Source of the DNA: Candidatus Poribacteria bacterium
GTDB lineage: Bacteria > Poribacteria > WGA-4E > WGA-3G
DNA length: 64,000 nucleotides
NCBI GenBank assembly: GCA_965218285.1
Contig: OZ244616.1
Location: forward strand, 5,635,757 to 5,699,756
Direction of reading: 5' to 3'
Both the position numbers and the translations under genes were made by a program. The notes beneath the pieces were generated by a model. The model had not been told where the DNA came from, did no database searches, and was given only the letters and a program-made list of their open reading frames with translations. Shown in pieces: positions 8,531-16,411 of this stretch. Within the stretch, counting starts at the first letter, position 1. Each line of letters opens with the position of its first letter.

Positions 8531-9040
8531 ACTGAAGACATGCAAGATTGCGAGAAGATCCGCTGTGAGTTCTTCTTGTGGACTGTGTTCTGTTTTGTCC
8601 AAAACCACGAGTTCGCCACCGTTTTGTTCAATAAGGTATCGTATAAGGTCGATACCGAAGCGGGCGAGTCTATCCCAATGGGCAATAACAACTTGGAGCT
8701 TATCACCTCGCATAAGCCGTTCCAATAAGGTTCTAAGACCTTTTCTTTTGAAGTTGATACCACTTCCGATGTCTCTGATAACTGCTGCGTCGGGGTAGAT
8801 GCTTCGCATATACGCAACTTGTCGTTCAAGGTCATCTCTTTGCTTTGTGCTGGATACTCTGCAGTAGCAAACAGTTGTAATTGATTTGGATTTGCTTTTG
8901 ATGTATCCTTCAACATCATAGCGTCTGTGTCCGCCTCCTGTGCGGATAATATCAATCTTTCCTTCATTTGCTAACTTCCTTAAATGGTCGGGTGTATAAT
9001 CCAGCAGTTCACTTGCTTTACGGGCTGATACATAAGTCAT
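8453..9040 (-). CDS. tnpA: IS607-family serine recombinase TnpA (MerR-like HTH plus resolvase catalytic domain)
   Basis: N-terminal HTH (ASELLDYTPDHLRKLANEGKI). Catalytic-serine motif YCRVSSTKQ. tnpB starts overlapping its 3' end, as in IS607. Confidence 0.75.
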   Translation of the reverse strand: MTYVSARKASELLDYTPDHLRKLANEGKIDIIRTGGGHRRYDVEGYIKSKSKSITTVCYCRVSSTKQRDDLERQVAYMRSIYPDAAVIRDIGSGINFKRKGLRTLLERLMRGDKLQVVIAHWDRLARFGIDLIRYLIEQNGGELVVLDKTEHSPQEELTADLLAILHVFSCRMHGLRSYRDKIKEDKSLSDNRTT

Positions 9041-9099
9041 ACTATATTATAATATATATCAATAGAAATGTAAAGAAAAATATAGATTTTTAGATACTG

Positions 9100-9999
9100 T
9101 TACTCAACCTCTTTAAGCAATGCCTGTGTTTGCCGATTGGATGTTTTGAAGTACGTCGCTAAGGTTTGTTGTAATTTATCAAGTTGATGACGGTCACTTT
9201 CAAGAGAGTTAATTCGCTTTTCATAACTTTCTAAGTTGGTGAGACGTTCAAAGATATCTTGTAGTAGGTTTTCCAATTCGCGGTAGCGCACCTGCTCTTC
9301 TTCCAATAATTCCATTTTCTCTGCCATTAAGGTGAGCGTTTTCTTAGTCTTGTCCAACTCAGTCTGAAGCGTTCGTGTAAAAACGATTAATTTCTCCAGC
9401 GTATTAGTCGTTTTATAGACCGGTACCTCTGGATCCGTAGGAGGGAAACTTTTGGGGATAACATGGACATCATCTTTTTCTGGAATATCTTCTGAATTAT
9501 CTTCAGTTAAATCTATATCAGTTTTTTGGGGAATACCAAGTTCTGGATTTGGTGGAGTAACAGGTTGAATTTCAAAGACACCTAACAATTTGATATTATA
9601 TGTAGATGGAATATAGTTCTCTTTACGCTCAGTATAAGATATTTGGACACGAAGTTCCTGAGTAATCTTCAGAGAATTCAGACGGGTATGGATATTTCGG
9701 ATCGCAACCTCATTATACCCGAATGCTTGATTCGATTTCGGAGTTAACTGCCGGAGATAACGGTAGAGTTCCATCACATCAGAACTTTCCCGCGAGATAC
9801 CCTCTTTCGTTAAAATTCCGACTATGTCTTCATCTTCAGGATTTGTGGATGTTTGCAAACTCGGTATGACAATGTCCAGAGGCACTTCGCCTTGAATTGC
9901 CTTCATCCCAAGAGTCCAACTGTTCTCTGAAAGTCTACCGCTGAAGGCGATAAAGTCGTAACTTATTGTCATTGTTTTTTCAACCTTATCTTTTTTCAA
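9100..9999 (-). CDS. hypothetical protein with an acidic Pro-rich middle region and a C-terminal coiled coil
   Basis: Long ORF with no recognisable catalytic motifs. C-terminal heptad-like E/L/K-rich segment. Confidence 0.4.
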   Translation of the reverse strand: MKKDKVEKTMTISYDFIAFSGRLSENSWTLGMKAIQGEVPLDIVIPSLQTSTNPEDEDIVGILTKEGISRESSDVMELYRYLRQLTPKSNQAFGYNEVAIRNIHTRLNSLKITQELRVQISYTERKENYIPSTYNIKLLGVFEIQPVTPPNPELGIPQKTDIDLTEDNSEDIPEKDDVHVIPKSFPPTDPEVPVYKTTNTLEKLIVFTRTLQTELDKTKKTLTLMAEKMELLEEEQVRYRELENLLQDIFERLTNLESYEKRINSLESDRHQLDKLQQTLATYFKTSNRQTQALLKEVE

Positions 10000-10095
10000 T
10001 CTTTGAAATCACACAAGCAAGATTTTGGACACCTCACTTGCTTAGTGTTTAGGTGTTTTGGCTATAACTCAAACACAGGTTCCATTTGTGCCCAC

Positions 10096-10320
10096 CATTC
10101 ATCACTCTTCGGGCTGGAGACCTTATCCTTTAGGTTGGGGAGGAAAGCCCGCCTCCTTTTGTTAATAAGTGCAGGTGATTTAATCTTGCACCTGCTACGA
10201 GATGTCTGTGTTGGGTATCGCCCAGACGACGCGACCTGTAGTCAACTGTTTAACTTGTGGAGTGGACGCTTGGTATGCGCTTCGCACAAGCCCCATGCTT
10301 TAGTTTGGGGTTATTGACTC
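10096..10320 (-). mobile_element. truncated ORF-less IsrB-type element (RE repeat plus about 85 nt of the omegaRNA 5' region plus LE terminus)
   Basis: 10096-10150 matches the RE repeat. 10237-10318 matches 16105-16190 (ctgtagt.caac.gtttaacttgtggagtg.acgcttggtatgcgcttcgcacaagccccatgctttag.ttggggttattgac). Confidence 0.5.
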
Positions 10321-10740
10321 TAATCCTTCTAACGCCTTTTGAATAATTTCACTATGATCAAAGGCAAGTTGTGGCAAGCCTGATGTTGAAAACCATGCAA
10401 CTTCCGAGGCATCGGAGCCCGCTACGGTTTTCTGTTGTTCCGATTTAATGATTCCAACGTAGGCGACGGTGATAACACGTCCACGTGGATCACGGTCAGG
10501 ATGTCCAAATGTCCCTATCTGTGTCAATTGCACTTCAGATATACCTGTTTCCTCATGCAACTCGCGAAGAGCACTCTCCTTAAGAGTTTCATCCATTTCC
10601 AGAAACCCACCTGGCAATGCCCACAAGTCTTTGAAAGGTGGATTCTTACGACGAATTAATAAGACTTGTGGATGCAGTGCATCCATCAATAGTACAACAT
10701 CAACAGTAACTGAGGGACGTGGATAATCATAACAATACAC
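10300..10740 (-). CDS. NUDIX hydrolase
   Basis: Nudix box GG.LE..E....A..REL.EETGI (ALPGGFLEMDETLKESALRELHEETGI). The last 5 codons and the stop are supplied by the terminus of the adjacent IS-derived element. Confidence 0.75.
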   Translation of the reverse strand: MYCYDYPRPSVTVDVVLLMDALHPQVLLIRRKNPPFKDLWALPGGFLEMDETLKESALRELHEETGISEVQLTQIGTFGHPDRDPRGRVITVAYVGIIKSEQQKTVAGSDASEVAWFSTSGLPQLAFDHSEIIQKALEGLESITPN

Positions 10741-11000
10741 TTAGAAAATATAATATCAGATTACAACGGTTTGTGTCAACACTTTTATTTTTTATGGGGT
10801 GTGTAAAGTTTTTGTCACAGATGTTCAATTTACCAAGAAAACTTCACTTTTTCTATTGTAGAGCGGAATCAACGCAGCGTGCACGTTTGGCACGTTGCGG
10901 GGTCTCTGTGTCCCGACAGGCTTCTTGTCTGAACCAGGATTTTTAGGATCTTATGTTTATAGAGACAGATATAAACATAACCAGATAGTGCAAAACATTT

Positions 11001-12077
11001 CTATGCCTTGACAATATTCACTGACTGTCCATTTTCTGATGACTCATAGATGCCATCAAGCATCTGCATCAACATTACACCTTGTTCTGCTGAGGAGATA
11101 GGTTCTGTCCCGTCTACTATACACCCTACGAAATGTTTTACTTCTTCATCAAAGCCATTAATTGAGGGTGCTTCAAGCTGCTTATTGAGTTCCTTTCCAT
11201 CTTCCTCTGTGTAAAGCATGAAAGGATTGAGGGTTGCGCCGGCTTTAGTCCCAGCAATTTTAATGTAGTTGTCTCCGGGTAAGTTGAGTGACCACGTCGT
11301 TTCAAGGATTACGGTGGCCCCATTTTCAAAAAGGATTTGGGCAAAGGTTGCATCATCAACATCGTATTTTACGTCTTTTGGCACAAGGTGTGAAAAGTGT
11401 GAATATGCTGCACCCATAACCGCCACGGGTCTTGGTGAACCCATTAACCACCATACACAATCTAAAGCGTGAACTCCAATATCAATAAGTGCTCCACCGC
11501 CAGAACGTTCTTTATCGACGAACCAACCGCCTTTACCGATAGGAATACCACGACGGCGTACATAAGCAGCTTTGCCAAAATAAACGTCACCGAGTTCACC
11601 TTCTTGAACCAGTTGTTTGAGTTTCTGGCTATTTCCGCCGAACCGCTGCACGAGGGCGTACATCAAAGTCTTGCTGTTTTGATGCGCTGCATCCGCTATT
11701 TCTCTGGCTTCCTGTGTACTCCGAGCAGGCGGTTTTTCACAAAGCACATGTTTTCCGGTGTTGAGTGCATCAATAGCAATAGGTGCGTGGAGGAAATTCG
11801 GCAGACAGACACTAACAGCATCAATATCTTTGTTTTCCAACATCTCCAGATGGTTTGTATAGGCATTAGGGATGTCATGTTCCTTAGCTACTTCTTGGGT
11901 ACGCTTTTCATCAAGATCGCAGACTGCAATGACTTCAGAACGAGGGTCAATGGTATAGCCTTTGAGGTGTTGCATCCCGGGCCAACCGAGTCCGACGACA
12001 GCCGCTCTTACCTTTGTGGTTTTATTTTTCATGGTATTTGCTCCTTTACGGATTTTGTTTGTGTATATTATACCCAA
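11001..12077 (-). CDS. Gfo/Idh/MocA family NAD(P)-dependent oxidoreductase. Start probably MKNKTTKVRAAVVG.
   Basis: N-terminal Rossmann AVVGLGWPG, EKP motif (CEKPPAR), typical C-terminal alpha/beta domain. Confidence 0.7.
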   Translation of the reverse strand: MGIIYTNKIRKGANTMKNKTTKVRAAVVGLGWPGMQHLKGYTIDPRSEVIAVCDLDEKRTQEVAKEHDIPNAYTNHLEMLENKDIDAVSVCLPNFLHAPIAIDALNTGKHVLCEKPPARSTQEAREIADAAHQNSKTLMYALVQRFGGNSQKLKQLVQEGELGDVYFGKAAYVRRRGIPIGKGGWFVDKERSGGGALIDIGVHALDCVWWLMGSPRPVAVMGAAYSHFSHLVPKDVKYDVDDATFAQILFENGATVILETTWSLNLPGDNYIKIAGTKAGATLNPFMLYTEEDGKELNKQLEAPSINGFDEEVKHFVGCIVDGTEPISSAEQGVMLMQMLDGIYESSENGQSVNIVKA

Positions 12078-12162
12078 TTAACTTGATTAGAAGTTTTCCG
12101 ATAAAGTCAGCATTGCGAGGAGGACCCAGAGACCTCACGCTACAAATCCCGTTAATTGGGTA

Positions 12163-13404
12163 TTAATCATGGCGAAGTGCTTCGGTTGGGGTGAGACTTG
12201 CAGCTTTGTTTGCGGGATAGATACCGAAAAATACGCCGATGAACGCTGAAACACAGAACGCGATAACAGCTGCCTGAACAGATACAACTGCAGGCCAAGT
12301 TGCATCTTTAATCATGAATGTTGAGATGACCCAACCTGATCCGGTAGCAAGCGCACTGCCAATAAAAATACCGATAAGACCCCCACAAATGCTTAAGACA
12401 ATTGATTCAATCAGAAATTGTATAAGGATGTCGGCACGTCTTGCCCCGATAGATTTGCGTAACCCGATTTCTCGGGTTCTCTCTGTTACGGAAACCAACA
12501 TGATATTCATAATACCGATCCCACCGACAAATAGGGCAATACTGGCAACTGCACCGAGAAGAATCTGAATTATCCGACTTACACTGCCAACCTGCTTTAT
12601 TATCTCCTTGGCCGTAAAAAAATCAAAATATTTTTCATCACCGTGTTGTTGGCGAAAGGCGACTTTGATTTCAGCGACAGCTTGCTCAACTTTATCATAA
12701 CTCTCTGCTTGTGCAAACAGCATGATCCAGCCTTTCTGCTTGCCGATAAAACGCGCCCCCATTGTGGTGATCGGTATAATCACACGATTATCCCACCCCT
12801 CACTTGCCATCTTATTGCCTTTTGCCTCCATGACTCCGATGACGGTGAACCGTTCTCTGTCAATTTTTAACTCCCTACCAATAGGATCATCCATCTGAAA
12901 TAGGTCTTTATGCACTTCAGAACCGATCAAACAGATAGGGTCATCCCGTCCCATGTCTTCTTCGGTAAAAAACCTTCCTGAATCAACATACCAGTTATTG
13001 ACATCTTGAAAATAGGGTGTCACGCCATGCACTTGAAGCGATTGATTAACATGTCTGTGTGATACGCGGCGCACCATGCGAGATTGCGCGGTAGCTGTTT
13101 TAAGAGAGGGGCACATTTTAAGTATAAAGGCGAGGTCTTGATACTCAATATATTCCGGATGCTTATTTTTTATATAAGAACCATCTGTTCTACGAATATG
13201 TTCCTTACGGAAGCAGACGATCATGCCTGCGCCACCGACCCGTTCCAGTTCAATCAGTACTAGGTGTTCGGCACCACCGCCGACTGAAACTACAGCGACA
13301 ACAGCCGCAATGCCGATGATGATTCCAAGTGTTGTAAGCACGGAACGTAATTTGTTACGTCTTAGTGCTGCTAAGCCAACGCTAATGCCTTGCGTAATCT
13401 GCAT
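12163..13404 (-). CDS. ABC transporter permease, MacB/FtsX family
   Basis: N-terminal TM helix plus periplasmic MacB_PCD-like domain. C-terminal FtsX 3-TM bundle (..GIGIMNIMLVSVTERTREIGLRKSIGA..). Confidence 0.7.
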   Translation of the reverse strand: MQITQGISVGLAALRRNKLRSVLTTLGIIIGIAAVVAVVSVGGGAEHLVLIELERVGGAGMIVCFRKEHIRRTDGSYIKNKHPEYIEYQDLAFILKMCPSLKTATAQSRMVRRVSHRHVNQSLQVHGVTPYFQDVNNWYVDSGRFFTEEDMGRDDPICLIGSEVHKDLFQMDDPIGRELKIDRERFTVIGVMEAKGNKMASEGWDNRVIIPITTMGARFIGKQKGWIMLFAQAESYDKVEQAVAEIKVAFRQQHGDEKYFDFFTAKEIIKQVGSVSRIIQILLGAVASIALFVGGIGIMNIMLVSVTERTREIGLRKSIGARRADILIQFLIESIVLSICGGLIGIFIGSALATGSGWVISTFMIKDATWPAVVSVQAAVIAFCVSAFIGVFFGIYPANKAASLTPTEALRHD

Positions 13405-13433
13405 AGTTTTCTAAGTTATCGTAACAGGTAATG

Positions 13434-14597
13434 TTACTCAGGTTTCATGGACTCTCCGCTTAATAGAAATGCACGGATGTCATACCTACCAGGACGTTCA
13501 ATCGGCAAATCACCGCTCTCAATCATTAAATCGAGGGGGTTTGCATGTGTCCGCAACGGCAATTGCACCACTTCATGCATACGCGCGGATTCATAGATCG
13601 CCATGATAATCTCAATAGCGGCGCGACCGTGTTTTGCTTCTCCCCGGTGTTCTGGACCGCCAGCAAACCATTCGACTAATTCCTTTGCTTGGGCAACGTG
13701 CTGGTTAGTTCCATCAGAGGGACGTTCTTCCCAATCCGTAGATTTATTGTTGAGGAGACGAACACGTCCCTCTGTCACATCTACAATTCCATCTGCCCCA
13801 TAGACAATGCCACCTTGATAGTTAGGTCTTCCGATCTCTTGCATTAGCATGCCGAGGCACCCGTTCGAAAAACCTACTATTCCAGCACTCCGATCCTCAA
13901 TCTGAATATCGCGTTCGAAACGATCCGTTTTGCGTTCAACATTGCCAATAACCCACTGAGGAGCAGGGTCACTGAGCACATATCGCATCATATCAAAGAG
14001 ATGTGAGCAGTCATTCAACAATCCTTGTCCACCGTGACAAACTATCTGTCTTGGCTCACCAATTGCCCCATCAGCGATGAGATTGCGTGCATCTGTCCAA
14101 GCGGAATTAAAACGACGTTGATGTCCAATCACAAGCTTGACACTATTTCGGCTTGCAGCGATTAACATCTCATCGCACTCACCGAGATTCACCCCCATCG
14201 GTTTTTCACATAGGATTACTTTCGGTCCCCTTGAACACGCTGCAATTGTCATCGGTGCATGAAGTTTGTGCCACGTTGCGATGCTGACAATATCAAGATT
14301 TTCGTTACCTAACATCTCCCGTGCATCCAAATAGCAGTTTTGCTCGGATACGCCGTAGGTGTTTGCAAACTTGTCAAGCGCAGCTTGAACGGGGTCTGCA
14401 AGCGCAACAATTTCTGTTTGTTCAACACCCTGATAGCCACGTGCATGTGCATTGGCAATCCCACCACACCCAATGATTCCGACCCGATATTTTGACGCCA
14501 TTTTCTTCTCCATATCTCCGATTAGTGATTTTTGGCTCATGTCAAGACTAAGTGCGGAGGCTTCTAGAGAATCCAAGTGTACAGCGAGTTTATTCAA
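13434..14597 (-). CDS. Gfo/Idh/MocA family oxidoreductase. Start probably near MASKYRVGIIG.
   Basis: GIIGCGGIANAH Rossmann motif, CEKPMG motif. Confidence 0.7.
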   Translation of the reverse strand: MNKLAVHLDSLEASALSLDMSQKSLIGDMEKKMASKYRVGIIGCGGIANAHARGYQGVEQTEIVALADPVQAALDKFANTYGVSEQNCYLDAREMLGNENLDIVSIATWHKLHAPMTIAACSRGPKVILCEKPMGVNLGECDEMLIAASRNSVKLVIGHQRRFNSAWTDARNLIADGAIGEPRQIVCHGGQGLLNDCSHLFDMMRYVLSDPAPQWVIGNVERKTDRFERDIQIEDRSAGIVGFSNGCLGMLMQEIGRPNYQGGIVYGADGIVDVTEGRVRLLNNKSTDWEERPSDGTNQHVAQAKELVEWFAGGPEHRGEAKHGRAAIEIIMAIYESARMHEVVQLPLRTHANPLDLMIESGDLPIERPGRYDIRAFLLSGESMKPE

Positions 14598-14947
14598 ATA
14601 AAACGCACTTACTTTTTACATGAGCCTGATTTTTTACTATAGACTTATTATTCTTCGGCACACAACGTATGCATGCTAATCGTTATAGAAAACCCACAAT
14701 CATTCTTATGATGTGGTAGATGCCGAATTCTAAAAGCGTATCTGCTGTTAATTCACCACGCGTTTCCCTACCGAATAATCTATTCGTGTAACGTTTCTTC
14801 AAAGACTTCAAGGTTTTGTGCCTGAGCTGCATCGAGGAGCAGCTGTTCCAGGCGTTGCAAATCTTCTATGTTTTGAAGTGCCGGTGTTAAGGCATTCACG
14901 GCTTCTACATGGAATTTCATCACTCTTCGGGCTGGAGACCCCATCCT

Positions 14948-15976
14948 TTAGGTTGGGGAGGAAAGCCCGCTCCTATAGTTAAAATTCAGACGCGTAAGAA
15001 CTTTGAAATCCTGTCGTTTCGCGCCTGTGGTGATTCGTTTCCCATCCAAACTGTAGATAGAAAACAAACCTTTTGCGTTAATACCTGAAAGTCTTGTTAA
15101 TCCGTGTTTGACATGCTTCACCAAAGTGTTCTTGACCAAGCCTTGTGCTAATATGGTGCCACCATATCGCGAACGAATGCCGTTCTTTTGTGGGTTCTGC
15201 CGATGAAGTTCACGTCTTGAAACAGGTATCGGTGCGATGCAGAATATATCTGTGTTGTCGGGGACATCCACCCCACCGACAGTGTGATATGCCAAACACC
15301 AACTATCTACACAGTGTGCATCAAACGTCTCTGTGAGTTTCTTGAAAGACTTCTTGAGTCCAAGTCTATCTCGAAGTTCTTTCGTCTCCCAACCTTGAAG
15401 TGTGAACAATGTCCATCGCTTTTGTATCTCACTATAGAACCAAGACTTTCCGACTTCAAGAGGACTGAAAGAACTATTCCACTTTTTCGCACGTTTGATA
15501 GTCCTTGCTCTAATATCCTCTACACAGACATGTGTGACAGGATACATATTAGACAACCAATCCAAAATACGCAGTTTCCAATCCCATCTCGCACGCGTGC
15601 CAGCCGGTATCCTTTCTTTATTAGCAGGGTGCCGATTAGTTCGGTTCTTTCGGTTTGGACACGAACGACTCCGACGGGTTCTCCGAAGTTCGCGACGCTT
15701 TTCTATTTTTTTACCCACTTTGCTATGTGCATCAGTTTGAACATTCAAATACGTGTGTGCCTCAGACTTCACCGTGAACCCTTCTTTCTTGCTGCCAGGG
15801 TCTACACCTACAGCAATCTCTTGTTTGTATTCTGTTGTTTCGTAGTTTAATCGAATACAGAAGATACCATTATTCCAATACGGGGTCGCCTTACCACTTT
15901 TGATAAGGTGCCTCGCAACTGGCGGAGAAGTGGGCATCAGTTGTTCACCATCCTTAGATTTCACTGGAACGAACAT
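14948..15976 (-). CDS. isrB: IsrB: RNA-guided RuvC nuclease/nickase of the IscB family lacking the HNH insert (342 aa)
   Basis: N-terminal PLMP domain (KSKDGEQLMPTSPPVARHLIKSGKA). RuvC-I AVGVDPGSKKEGFTV. Arg-rich bridge helix KRRELRRTRRSRS. RuvC-II CVEDIRARTIKRA. RuvC-III DAHCVDSWCLAY. No HNH/Cys4 segment. Size typical of IsrB. Confidence 0.7.
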   Translation of the reverse strand: MFVPVKSKDGEQLMPTSPPVARHLIKSGKATPYWNNGIFCIRLNYETTEYKQEIAVGVDPGSKKEGFTVKSEAHTYLNVQTDAHSKVGKKIEKRRELRRTRRSRSCPNRKNRTNRHPANKERIPAGTRARWDWKLRILDWLSNMYPVTHVCVEDIRARTIKRAKKWNSSFSPLEVGKSWFYSEIQKRWTLFTLQGWETKELRDRLGLKKSFKKLTETFDAHCVDSWCLAYHTVGGVDVPDNTDIFCIAPIPVSRRELHRQNPQKNGIRSRYGGTILAQGLVKNTLVKHVKHGLTRLSGINAKGLFSIYSLDGKRITTGAKRQDFKVLTRLNFNYRSGLSSPT

Positions 15977-16190
15977 GTCGTTAGAACTCCTTTTCAGGGT
16001 ATGTGTTTCCCCATCCAGATCACAGTATCCGAGAGGGATCGGACTTGGGGGGCATCCGAAACATCGTGCTGGCTACCACGCCAAGATACCACGATATATT
16101 ACTGTAGTACAACGGTTTAACTTGTGGAGTGAACGCTTGGTATGCGCTTCGCACAAGCCCCATGCTTTAGCTTGGGGTTATTGACCTTCA
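15977..16190 (-). ncRNA. IsrB omegaRNA (5' of isrB, same strand). Guide segment expected immediately beyond 16190.
   Basis: About 215-nt conserved structured module between the LE terminus and the start codon. Copied without the ORF at 6715-6908, 10237-10320 and 30635-30800. Confidence 0.5.
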
Positions 16191-16411
16191 ATAATGTTAA
16201 GATGGACTTAATCGTAGCATCCCTCGCCCCTTGGGTGATGAATTCTTCGCGTAGAAGTTGGTAATATTTAGATTCACGCATAAACTCCTCCGGTATGATG
16301 GTGCTTCGGAAGAACTCCCTATATCCTCTGATAAGGAGGATATAGGGGGTTGGAAACTGATAAAGGGTCTATGACCAACGATCCGACAATTCTATAGTTT
16401 CGAATTTGAAA

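Larger units (their letters stand above)
14918..16190 (-). mobile_element. intact IsrB (IS200/IS605-superfamily, HNH-less IscB) element: LE terminus with hairpin, omegaRNA, isrB gene, RE repeat
   Basis: Ends defined by comparison with three ORF-less copies that share both termini (ttcatcactcttcgg... and ...ggggttattgac). Confidence 0.6.

Noticed and set aside
15145-15850. Plus-strand ORFs 15284-15850 and 15495-15740 inside isrB
   Set aside because: Antisense to a CDS with clear IscB/IsrB motifs. No independent support.
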